Shown here: positions 13,368 to 24,389 of the stretch, piece by piece | How positions within the stretch are numbered: position 1 is the first letter of the stretch | Layout of the letters: each line of letters begins with the position of its first letter | NCBI RefSeq assembly: GCF_004010195.1 | Contig: NC_057718.1 | Location: 102,160,079 to 102,224,078 of the forward strand | Length of the DNA stretch: 64,000 nt | Origin: Chiloscyllium plagiosum | Lineage: Eukaryota | Direction: 5' to 3' | Made by a program: the position numbers and the translations under genes | The notes under the pieces: model-generated | The model's database searches: none | Told to the model about the DNA's origin: nothing | The model's input: the letters and a program-made list of their open reading frames with translations, nothing else

Positions 13368-14292
13368 CTGTAACAAGAGAGAGCAGGAGTTCTCATGGTT
13401 GAGCATACCAAGTTAGACAGATCCTTTGGCCTGGAGACCATCTCTAAGACCCAGATTACATGGTTAATATCAAAGTGACAGAACTTGGAGTTAACCTTAA
13501 AATAATTGTCCCGGAACAATCTAGAACTCACTATGACCTCAGCATCTCCTTTATGGATGCCATTTGAATCCGGTGCCTCATGAATCTCCAGACATCGAGC
13601 AGCAGTAATGTCAGTGAGCAAAACAGCCAATCACATCAAAGGATTCTCACAGTCAGCAAACAATTGCACTGCCTACACTTTTCAATATCATTTTCAAGAA
13701 ACAATTGGGACATACTACTTTGACAAAAGAATAAGGGACAAGTTGAAGGATCAGAAGTAAACATTAAAAATAAGTTTAATGTTTATCATGCAGTGATAAT
13801 GTTTATCACTGAATTATCATGCACTCGACAGCCACAGACTTTATTTTACTTTTTCCAGCCAAGGATAATTAAAAGCTATCAATCACAGGGAGGGAGCACC
13901 TCACTGAACACACACACACACAATCTCTAACCGCACTGGACATCCTTTTATTCCCAGGACTTTCGAAAGTTCAAATTCCACTCTCCCTGTCCCCGTTACA
14001 TTATTCAACAATAACATACAATGTTTCCTAAATCCAACCCTCTCTGAATCACACAGCCATGGGTTTTGACCGGTCTTTGAATGAATTCCAGTCAGAAGAT
14101 GCATCTGTTGTGGTCCTGAACCATCTGAGATGTCTTGGGTAGATTCACTGACACCAATCTTCCTCATTCTTATTTGTCTAAGTTACTGAAACCAAATGGG
14201 AAAGGAAGCCTGCACTTAGGTCTTAGGCAAAAGAGAAGTGCAGTCCTAATAAACAGAGTAAGTTTATTAGATAGTATTTTATAGCTGGATAC

Positions 14293-14492
14293 ATTAGATT
14301 AGATTAGATTACATTACAGTGTGGAAACAGGCCCTTTGACTCAACAAGTCCACACCGACCTGCCGAAGCGTAACCCACCCATACCCCTACATTTACCCCT
14401 TACCTAACACTACGGGCAATTTAGCATGGCCAAATTCCGGGTCTCTGGCGCTGTGAGGTAGCAGTGCTAACCACTGTGCCACCGTGCCGCCC
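14293..14492 (-). mobile_element. HE1 SINE with internal deletion of the V-domain
   Basis: Head and tail present; sequence jumps from CATGGCCAA to CCGGGTCT at ~14432. Confidence 0.85.
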
Positions 14493-14676
14493 ACTAATAT
14501 CTGAGTTACTTAATAGTCTTATGTGGAACCTCAAGCCAGACTTAACATTACTCTTTAGCTGAATAGAATGTAGCACCAATAACTTCATATAAAAGCTGGT
14601 TAGCTTCTCCTTTATAAATTGCTGGTTAGGCCTCTATCACACTTGTATTTCCCAAATTTAGGCACTACATTTTCAC

Positions 14677-14982
14677 AGAATCCCTACAGTGTGGAAGCAG
14701 GCCATTTGGCCCACTGTGTCCACACTGACCCTCTCCCTTACCCTATTCCCATGAGTAATCCACCTAGCCTGCACATCCCTGGACACTATGGGGCAATTTA
14801 GCACAGCCAATGCAACTAACCTGCACATCTTTGAACTGTGGGAGGAAACTGTGGGACCATCAGGAGGAACCCCATGCTGACAAGGAAAGAATGTGCAAAC
14901 TCAACACAGACAGTCACCCGAGGTTGGAATCAAACCTGGGACCCTAGTGCCATGAGGCAGCAGCGCTAATCTCTGAGCCTCC
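14677..14982 (-). mobile_element. HE1-type V-SINE
   Basis: GAATCCCTACAGTGTGGAAGCAGGCC tail, V-domain and head. Confidence 0.85.
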
Positions 14983-15069
14983 GATAAGATGCTAAAACCT
15001 CTCAGTAGGACCAAAGATGGATCCCATTGACAATCACTCTTGGAAGAACCTTGAGGGTGGGTGTTAACC

Positions 15070-15252
15070 CTCTGTCCACCTTCCCAATGCCTCTCTGTCC
15101 ACCCTCCCAATGCATCTCTGTCCACCCTCCCAATGCCTCTCTGTCCACCCTCCCAATGCATCTCTGTCCACCCTCCCAATGCCTCTCTGTCCGCTCTCCC
15201 AATGCATCTCTGTCCACCCTCCCAATGCATCTCTGTCCACCCTCCCAATGCC
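15070..15252. repeat. 23-bp minisatellite, ~8 copies (CTCTGTCCACCCTCCCAATGCMT)
   Basis: Direct reading; 23-aa periodicity in the ORF translations. Confidence 0.95.
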
Positions 15253-16819
15253 TTGACTTCAACTGAGGCACCATGCCATTCAGACTTCAGGAACTTTGTC
15301 GAGACCGTAGATGGAGAGTGTGGAGGAGGCTGAGCACAACAGTCCCACAGACAAGGGACTTCAGTTCCATGGGGCCTTGGAGATATTGTTCTCCAAGGTA
15401 AATAAGGGAGAGGTAACTTGGTGTCCAAAACCCTGGTGTGTTTTCACATGGCAAACAAGGTGGATGTGCACCCAGTGGCAGGAGTGTCAGTAACCAGAGG
15501 GACTGAAGTTGAAGAGAATTGGCAGTAGAACCAGAGGTGAAATAAGGATAATTCATTTTAAATGTGATAATCCGGAAGGTGCTGCCTGAAATAGTGATGG
15601 AAGCTGACCCAATAACAACTCTCAAAATCCTTCATAAATCCTTCAAGGGGAGAAACCAACAGAGCAGTGAGCAAAAGGTTGGGGCTAGTAAGGTAGGTCT
15701 TTCAATGATCCATCATAGGCACTATGGGCTGAATGGCCTCAAGCTGCTACATCATTCTATGAAGGCTCTACTACATCCAGGAGCACATGTGATAAACCAA
15801 TAATGACTCAAAAGACAGTACAGTGCACGAAAACTGTAAAGGACAGTGAAGGGGATGTAGCTATCGTAATATTTCAGACAGACAGTGAGATTGTGTAGGA
15901 CAGCTGATTATTAGACAACCCTGTTAGGCACACCTTTTCACAGGTGTCTGCAGTGCAGTGTGCACCAAGAAGACTGACAAAAACTGAGCCAGTTTCTAAC
16001 AGATACAGAAATAATTTGCATGCAACAAAAATCTGACATATAACTCTGCCCTTTGCTCAGGTGCTGAAATTACTTTTTAATTTAGATGCGTAACTCATAA
16101 TTCTCTGCTTGTAGTGCATGACAGCTGTTATGACCACTGAGCCATCGATTTTTCTTCCAACGAGTCTATAAATAACAAGCAGGACTCGACTGCATTGAGG
16201 AAGCTGGGCTTACAGCCAGAATTCTGATGTTGGGAGGTTCTGAGGAATGTCCTGAATGGAGAATCAGGCTCAAGGGGCCGAATGGCCTACTCCAGTTCCT
16301 ATTTCTTATGGCCTGGATCCTGCCTGGTCAGGGAAGTGACACATTAGGCTGCACACGTCCATGCAGATTAGCAGGGAGTTAAGCAATAAATCACATGAAC
16401 AACACTTGCATAAGAGTTAGCTGTGTCGTGACACAACCTGATGTATCCACTCCCCTCTTTTAAAATCCCCTCAGTCAGTCACTACAAAAATCATTAATTC
16501 TTTGCAACACATAATTCTAATGCACTTCAGTTAAAACAGTCACTCGATCAAAATTAAGAAGCCAATTGCAAGGTTTTCTTGAGTGTAAGAAAGAGGAATT
16601 TTATTACCTACTCACTCTGAGGAAAAACAATTTCACATATGTTTCCTAAACTTGCCTCAATTTATTGCTGGCTGATTGCTGCAGCCATTTTCTGTCCATT
16701 TTCCTTCCCTGATAAACCCATGGCAGCTGTAAGATCTCAGGTATTAGAATAAGATCATTTTATACATTACTGATCCCCTGGCCAAACTTTCACAGTAATT
16801 GGCAATTAACCAGAGAGGA

Positions 16820-16999
16820 CAAAGTTAAAAATCATACAATACCAGGTTATAGTCCAACAGGTTTAATTGTGACAACCAACTAATAAAGGAGCATCACTCC
16901 GAAAGCTAGTGCTTCCAATTAAACCTGTTGGACTATAACCTGGTGTTGTGTGATTTTTAACTTTGTACACCCCAGCCCAACACCGGCATCTCCAAATCG
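16820..16999. mobile_element. Penelope-like (second family) mini-insertion, inverted arms, 13-bp TSD
   Basis: TSD TAACCAGAGAGGA at 16807-16819 and 17000-17012; partial hammerhead ...CTCCGAAAGCTAGTG. Confidence 0.8.
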
Positions 17000-17274
17000 T
17001 AACCAGAGAGGAGGGGAGGATAATTTTGTTTTATCTAGTACAGCGAGTTGGGACACTGAAGCAGAATCAAGAATAACTTTCAAAAGGGATAAACACTTGC
17101 AGCAGGAACACGGGCTGGAGTGTGGGGGAAGGGTGGGGGTGTGTGGAATATTCAACAAATTTAACAAAGAGACAGGATGGGTGAAAGGGCACTTATTGAT
17201 CTTTTGCAATTGATTATTCTATGATTGTAGGAAGAGAGGTAAAGGATGTATAATTATTTTAAACTAATATTCAC

Positions 17275-17377
17275 CAGGAAGAGTCCCAGAAAAGGATATT
17301 CACCGCAAAATTGGTTACTAGCTTCCTTGAACACAGACCCAGCCAAGAAGACTACAATCACTCTGTGCTCTAGCTTC
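17275..17377 (-). CDS. Weak candidate exon (phase 2 to 0; KLEHRVIVVFLAGSVFKEASNQFCGEYPFLGLFL)
   Basis: Strong acceptor ctaatgttcctgtcttcttatttaccattcag; moderate donor CTG/gtgaat. Confidence 0.3.
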
Positions 17378-17439
17378 CTGAATGGTAAATAAGAAGACAG
17401 GAACATTAGGGTTAAGGCTAAATTTAGCAGGAGGTGACA

Positions 17440-17770
17440 GCACTGGCACTAGCAATCCAGTGATGATACAGCTGAATATAGCTAATGCACTGGGGGCACA
17501 GGTTTGTATGCCATCTTGGCACATGATACAACTTGAATTCAATGAATAAATCTGGAATTAAAAGTCTGGCGGTAGCCATTAAACCTGTGTCAAATCTTTA
17601 AAACAGATCATTTGCTTCACTCATGTCCTTTCAGGAAGGAAATCTGCCTTCCTTACCTGATCTTACTTACCGACATGGGACTCTAGGTCCACAGCAATGG
17701 GGTTTGCTCTTAAATGCCCCTGAAATGGCCCCTGCGACACACAGAGGCAACTGGGGATGAGCAACAAGTC
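17440..17770 (+). mobile_element. tRNA-derived SINE, old
   Basis: TCAGGAAGGAAATCTGCC...CCTTACCTG...CCACAGCAATG core shared with 52060 and 55215. Confidence 0.6.
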
Positions 17771-17862
17771 ACATAAAAAATAAAGGGAAAAAAATTCTTC
17801 AGGTTTCCGATATTGACAGCAGGATCAGAGAACCCACTTTGTTTTCCAAGAACCAACTTGGC

Positions 17863-18186
17863 ATGTGGCTGGCACAGTGATTAGCACTGTTGCTTCACAG
17901 CACCAGGGACCTGGGTTCGATTCCTGCCTCAGGCAACTGTCTGTGTGGAGTTTGTACATTCTCCCCATGTCTGTGTGGGTTTCCTCTGGGTGCTCTGGTT
18001 TCCTCTCAGAGTTCAAGGATGCGCAGGTTAGGGTGGATTGGCCATGTTAAACTGTCCAGGGATGTGTAGGTTGAGTGTTTTAGCCATGGGGAGTCTTGGG
18101 AGATGGTCTGGGTGGGATGCTGTTCAGAGGGTTGGTGTGGATTTGATGGGCCAAATGACCTTGTTTCCACACTGCGGAAATTCTTT
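17863..18186 (+). mobile_element. HE1-type V-SINE
   Basis: Head, V-domain and tail. Confidence 0.88.
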
Positions 18187-18449
18187 AAAGTCTATTTTTT
18201 TTAAAAAATCAAGGATGAGCATCATCAGGCTATGTGATCAGGAAGACAAATTTACATCGCTCATGTTACAATCGCCTTCAATATAGAAGATTAAAGGTTG
18301 GCCCAGAGGTAAAGAGTTAAGTGTCAATTTTCTAATATGTAAATACATCAGTAATGATAACAGAGATCACATGGCAGTAGACTTCAGGGAGAGTTGATTT
18401 GATGAACAGCCTTGTCCTATGATTAACAGTGAATACAATTATACTGGGC

Positions 18450-18990
18450 TCAGGAACAGGAGGAAGCCATTCAGCCCTTTCAGCCTGTTTTCTCCTGATT
18501 GATCTGGTTGTTGTCACAATCCCACTTTTATTGCCTATGCTCCCATAATCCTTGTCTCTCTAGTTGATCAAAAACTGTACCAAGCTCAGCCTTAAACAAA
18601 TTAAATGACCCAGCTTCCACTGTCTCCTGAGAAAGAAAATACACTACACTCATGGCCTTCTAGGAGAAAAACATTATCTTCATCTCTGTCATGAAGAGGA
18701 CTTCTTACTTATAAACCGTGTTCCCTCATTCTCATCTTCCCTACAGGGGAAATATCCTCCCAGCTTCCACCCTATCGAGACTCCTCGGGACCTTATACGC
18801 ATCAATAAGGAGATCTCTTGCTCTTCTCAACTCCAGAGGCTACATCCCCAGCCTGTCCAGTCTTTCCTCTTTAGGTAAAGGCTTCATCATGGGAATGAAT
18901 TGAAGGAAGCTTCTGTCAAACTGCTTCTGAAGCAATTCCATCCTCTTTCAACTGAGGAGACTAAAATTGTAAAGAGTGCTCCAGCTGTGA
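18450..18990 (-). mobile_element. Old CR1 3' fragment
   Basis: Degenerate CAGGAGGAAGCCATTCAGCCC and ORF2-end motifs. Confidence 0.6.
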
Positions 18991-19400
18991 GCTCTTACTC
19001 AGAACTTTAAATGAGAAGTTAATCCTAGCGACAGCTTAGATTGTAACAATAGCTTCAGATCCTACCAAGGAGAAAACCTCTTGAAAAACCCATAACTGAT
19101 GAAACTGACGGGTTTAGGATCATCAGAATGGGATGGGATAATCAAGAGAAATTATTTCTTGTGGTAGGGTGATCTAGAATCCAGAATCTTTTCATGGAGC
19201 AGGACTTCTCACCAACGAGAATGGAACTCTCAAACTCTCCATGCTACAGAGCTGGGACATCCATTCAGCCCCACCCATTCTACTATCCCATTATCTTGTA
19301 GCTGATCCATGCCTCAGCTTCAGTTTGTTCATCCTGGCCAAACAAACACCAGCTCAGTTTTGGCATTTAGTCAAACCCCAATGAAGATAGTGTTTTTTAC

Positions 19401-19637
19401 AGAATACAGGTGGAAGCAGGCCATTCGGCCCATTGAGTCCACACTGACCCTCCGAAGAGCATTCCACCCTATCCCATAACCTCACATTTCTCATGGTTAA
19501 CCCACCTAGTCTGCACACTATAGTCAATTTCCCAAGGCCAATTCACCTAACCTGCACATCTTTGGACTGTGGGAGGAAACCAGAGCACCCAGAGGAAACC
19601 CACACAGACAGGGGGAGAACGTGCAAACTCCACACAA
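19401..19637 (-). mobile_element. HE1 SINE, 5'-truncated
   Basis: Tail and V-domain present, tRNA head absent. Confidence 0.85.
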
Positions 19638-19944
19638 ACCTTCAACTCATTTACAAAGGTGTCTGGATATCCATCTGAAATCCAGCAGGGAAGGCTCAAG
19701 AATGAGATTGTGCTGGTGGGTGGTTTGTTTCTAATGGATATGATGGGGGGGGGGCAGAGTGGCCTCCTTCTGTGGCTGTAGGTTTTCCTACATTTTCCTA
19801 AAACTCTGAAAAGGGCAAGTGCAAGGATGTGGGGAGACAGTAGGAAAGGGGCGTACTTTGGATTGCTCTTCAGGAGGGCCAGCACTAACATGATGCATGG
19901 AATGGCCTCTTTCTGTGCCACAGTGTATCAATAATTCTATTCCA

Positions 19945-20300
19945 TTATGTACCGTCTACAGAATTCACTGCAGTAATTCACCAAAGATTCTCAGATGGCA
20001 CCTTCCAAAATCCACAACCACTTCCACCTGAAAGGATAAGGGCAGCAGATCCAAGGGAACACCACCCCGTGCAAGTTCTCCTCCAAGCCACTCACCATCC
20101 TGACTTGGAAATATATCGCCATTCCTTCAGTGTTGCTGGGTCAAAATCCTGGAATTCTCTCCCTGAGGGCATTGTGGGTCTACCAACCGCACATGGTTCA
20201 AGATGGCAGCTCACCCCCACCATCTTAAAGGCCAACTAGGGACAGGGCAATAAATGCTGGGCCCAGCCAGTGGCACCCACATCCCATGAGTGAATTATTT
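19945..20300 (+). mobile_element. LINE 3' end (CR1/L2 group, GGGCAATAAATGCTGG tail family)
   Basis: Same family as 21760-22050, 47225-47730 and 56865-57035. Confidence 0.75.
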
Positions 20301-20838
20301 TTTAAAATACTATTATTCTATCCTCCTAATTTAGCCTTTTCAGACCTAGTCACATTCTGCAAGATACCTAGCGCCCCCTCAGAGGGCAACATTGCATTCC
20401 TGAGGTCACACCCAGAGAATCCCTAGAGACTGAGCTCTCTGCTAAAAACCAGGGGAGAGTCTGGATGTGAATCAGAAGGGAAAGGCTTTTAACGCTGCTT
20501 CCATTTAACCAATCGGTGAACTGATGAAGCAGGTGGAAGTGCTGTTGTTATTTCCATGTTGTCAAGTTCCATTTGTGGACCCATCAATCGATGTGAAGAT
20601 GCCGCTATTGATTGGGTGAGCATAACTTTGTTTCCATTTCTTGCATTTAACAAGGGGAAAAAAAATCAATAGATACATGCATGGTTCCCTTCAGTTGGTT
20701 TCCCGTGAGTAATTTTGAAAGAGACTCCGATAAAGCCATTTCCAAACCAGCACTAGCGTCCCCACACTGTCATTGAAACCCCCGCAGCGTCCTTTTGCAA
20801 GCTGCAAAGACTAGCGACAGGTAAAAGGGGAGGCATAC

Positions 20839-20872
20839 ATATCCTCGGCTTTCTGAGCAATGTCAATAACGT
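20839..20872 (-). CDS. Candidate 34-nt exon (either TLLTLLRKPRI or D-VIDIAQKAED-M)
   Basis: Acceptor tgtgtttttctgcag, donor TAT/gtatgc; two open frames. Confidence 0.45.
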
Positions 20873-21580
20873 CTGCAGAAAAACACAGGCAGGCCCCTAA
20901 TATTCTCAGAGACAGCAGCTGAAGCTCTTTGGCGTGCAGGTGAGTAGAGGACACACAGCTGACTCTTTACTGTAAGCTTTGATGTAATGGGAGTCAGCAA
21001 CCAGTGCAGTCAATGTCAATGAGAGCCTCACGTTTGGAGCAGCTCCTTGCTAGAGAATCTCAGCTGGTAAGATAAGGTATGGTAGGAATGTACAGAGATG
21101 TGAGGAGCTCTTTCAATGACACAGGACTAATGGACAGAATGGCGTCCCATGCAGTAATATTAGCGAAATACTGCAGATGCTGGAAATCCAAAATTCAAAC
21201 AGAAAATGTTGGCAAAACTCAGCAGTGTTGTGGAGACAGATGCAGAGTAAATGATCTGTCATTTTTCAGAGGGTCTTTTTCAGTGCTTGTTAGTGTTTGA
21301 AGGGTAGTTTTATATGGGCCCTCCTGTCACTTAGTCAAATTCAAGCTTCGCATCGGTGCGACTTGTTGGTGCGTTGGCGATAGAGTGCAGAACCAATCGG
21401 CAGAGGCGAGATATCAAACAAACCGGGTGCACAAGATGAACCAAATGGCCTCTCATGCAGCAACAATTCTGAGATTCTATCTTTCGTTTTCTCTGCAGAT
21501 GCTGCTCCAGCTGCTGAGGGTCCCTTGCATTTTCTGTTTTGGATCCCTCTGTGCTGTATCAGTCTCGGACTGCTAACGCA

Positions 21581-21757
21581 CTCTCAGTTAGCTCAGTTGG
21601 CTGGATGGCTGGTTTATAATGCAGAGTGATACCAACAGCCTGGGTTCCATTCCTACACTGGCTGAGGTGACCGTGAAGGGCTCTCCTTCTCAATCTCACC
21701 CCATCTCCTGAGACGTAGTGAGCCTCTAGTTAAACTCACCATCAGTCCTCTCTCTCA
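21581..21757 (+). mobile_element. tRNA-derived SINE, interrupted by a LINE fragment; tail resumes ~22052-22085
   Basis: A box TAGCTCAGTTGG, B-box-like GGTTCCATTCC. Confidence 0.55.
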
Positions 21758-21759
21758 AA

Positions 21760-22050
21760 CATTTATTCATTTTGTGGGAGTTGCTGGCTGGGTCCAGCAT
21801 TTATTGCCCGTCCCTAGTTGCTCCTTGAGAAGGTGGGAGTGAGCTGCCTTCTTGAACTGCTGCAGTCCATGTGCTGTGGGTTGACCCACAATGTCCCTTA
21901 GGCAGGGAGTCCCAGAATTATGACCCAGCGACACTGAAGAAATGGCGATATATTTCAAAATCAGGCTGGTGAGTGGCTCGGAGGGGAAGTTGCAGGGGGT
22001 GGTGTTCCCATGTATCTGCTGCCCTTGTCATTCTAGATGGAAGTGGTCGT
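21760..22050 (-). mobile_element. LINE 3' end (same family as 19945)
   Basis: Reverse-complement similarity. Confidence 0.75.
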
Positions 22051-22182
22051 GGTAGAGAGAGTGGCTTTACATCTTTACACTTTATTCAAACATGGATTGC
22101 TTTCTACATGTCTCTGTAGATCTCTAATCCATGTGGTGACTGAGCAGGAATCCCAGAGAGGCGAAGAAGGTGGGTAAAGCTA

Positions 22183-22286
22183 GATTCTGAGGAAGGGTCA
22201 CTGGACTCAAAACATTAACTCTGATTTCTCTCCATGGATGCTGCTGGACCTGGACCTGCTGAGCTTTTCCAGCAGTTCCTGTTTTG
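22183..22286 (+). mobile_element. Penelope-like (third family) pLTR fragment with decayed hammerhead
   Basis: CTGAGGAAGGGTCACTGGACTCAAAACATTAACTC. Confidence 0.65.
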
Positions 22287-22916
22287 GCCAGACTCTGGAT
22301 GGCTCACTCCGAGAAGTGTAAACATAGACAGCAAACATTTGGCACTTTCAGCATGTTTGAGCACAGCTAAACACTTCAAGTCACATTGATCCCCTCCAAC
22401 ACGTGAGGTGAATATTAGCCAAAGTACAGAAGTGGCCTAATTACAGAGATGGCCTGACAAGAGCAATTAATGTGACCTGTTTGGTTGGGTGAATTTTCTG
22501 TACCTGAGTGTATCTTACAAACATCAGTCACGTTGTTGATGCAGTGAAGAGGGATGTTTGCAGAGTGCAGTCACAAAACAACGCAGCAACAAGACAAACA
22601 CTCAAGGGATCAAATCACTGACAGCTTCTGAGTTTATAACTTGTGAACAGTCAGCGATATCTCGATGCTCAGATACGCTCAACAACGAGTCCCCTCAGGT
22701 GTCGTTTCCACAATCACCCAGCAGCAATAATCATTTATTTGTTGATAATTACCCTGAACATTCGAGCTAGGTTTGTTTTTAATCAAAATGCTATCGTGCA
22801 TTTGGCAGTGCCCATTGCAAGGACGAATCTGGAAATTCAAACTGGCCTGAGTTCTGTCGTTACTCATTGCCCTGGAGAGGTGTTTTACAAGCACGCTCAA
22901 TGACCAGAAAGCTCAC

Positions 22917-22979
22917 CTTGACCAGTGCACCCTTGAAGCCCGGCTGACAGTCCATAATTCGCAGCATCTCAATTCTTTT
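22917..22979 (-). CDS. Candidate internal exon (KRIEMLRIMDCQPGFKGALVK)
   Basis: Acceptor ttctgtccattttctcctag, donor AAG/gtgagc, 63 nt, open in phase 0. Confidence 0.65.
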
Positions 22980-23034
22980 CTAGGAGAAAATGGACAGAAT
23001 TTCATAACAAAATGCAGAAACAATGAGGTGATTT

Positions 23035-24385
23035 AGAAAATAAGACTTAGGAGCAGGAAGAGGTCATTCAGCCCCTTCAGCATGCTCTGCCATTCCATAC
23101 CATCATGGCTGATCTCATCTCGGCCACAACCCCACTTTCCTGCCCGCTCTCCACCCGTTACAATTAAAAATCTGTCTATGCTCTCCTTAAATTTACTCAA
23201 TGTCACCAGTTTCTATCGCACTCTGGGGAAGTGAATTCCACAGATTCACAACCCTATGAGAGAAATAATTCCTCCTCCTCTCTGTTTTAAATTGAGTCAG
23301 TGAGATGTACAACACTGAAACAGACACTTCATTCCAACTCGTCCTCGCCGACCAGATATCCTAACCTAATCTAGTCCCATCTGCCAGCATTTGGCCCATA
23401 TCCCTGTAAACCCTTTCTATTCAAACACCTATCCAGATGCTTTTTAAATGTCATAATTGTACCAGCCTCCACCACTCCCTCTGGCAGCTAATTCTATACA
23501 CGCACCATCCTCTGCATGAAAAAGTTGCCCTTTAGGTCCCTTTTATATCTTTCCCCTCTCACCCTATGCCCTCTAGCTCTGGACTCCCCTACCCTGGGGA
23601 AAAAAACCTTGTCTATTTACCCTATCCATGCCCCTCATGATTTTATAAACCTCTATAAAGTCACCCCTCAGCCTCCGACGCTCCAGGGAAAACAGCCCCA
23701 ACCTATCCAGCCTCTCCCTATAGCTCAAACCCTCCAATCCTGGCAACATCCTTGTAAATCTTTTCTGAACCCTTTCAAGTTTTACAACAACCTTCCGATA
23801 GGAAGAAGACCAGAACTGCACACAATATTCCAAAAGTGGTCTAACCAATGTCCTGTACAGCAGTCCCTTATCCTCAAACCATAACCTCTCATTCTAGATT
23901 GTCCCAAATGAGGAAGCATTCTCTTTATTTTGTCAATCCTGTTTTACATCCCTCAATTGGATTTCCTCTCATTCTGTTAAACTCCAGATAGTATCATCCT
24001 AAACTCATCAATTTCTCTTCATAAGACAAACCCTTCACTTCTGGAATCAATTTAGTGAATATTTTCTGATCTTCTTCCAATACAATTACATCCATCCTCA
24101 TGTGAAAGGACCATAAACTGGACACAATACTCCACATGCGGTCTCACTCATGCCTTGTACATTTTCCTACTTTTATACTCAATTCTTTTAGCAATAAATG
24201 TCAAAAATCCATTTGCCTTCCTTATTACCTGCTGTACCTACTAACTAGCTTTCTGAGATTCATGCCCAAGGACACCCAGATCCCTCTGCACCGAAGCACT
24301 CTGAAGTTTCTCTCCATTTAGAAAATAAGTTGCCTTTCCTATTCCTCCAACCAAAATGTGTATAACTTCGCATTTGTTCATGACC
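23035..24385 (-). mobile_element. CR1 3' part, with a second CR1 3' fragment nested at ~23295-23862
   Basis: ORF 23573-23848 (RPLLEYCVQFWS) in the nested copy; the outer copy runs to a KCEV.HFG-like motif at ~24380. Confidence 0.85.
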
Positions 24386-24389
24386 CTGC

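Noticed and set aside
16425..16793. Possible solo LTR (TG...CA)
   Set aside because: No TSD or second copy visible; cannot be supported from this window
20368..20387. CTCF site (AGGGGGCGCTAG)
   Set aside because: Only the 3' half matches; the CCAC/CCAG half is missing
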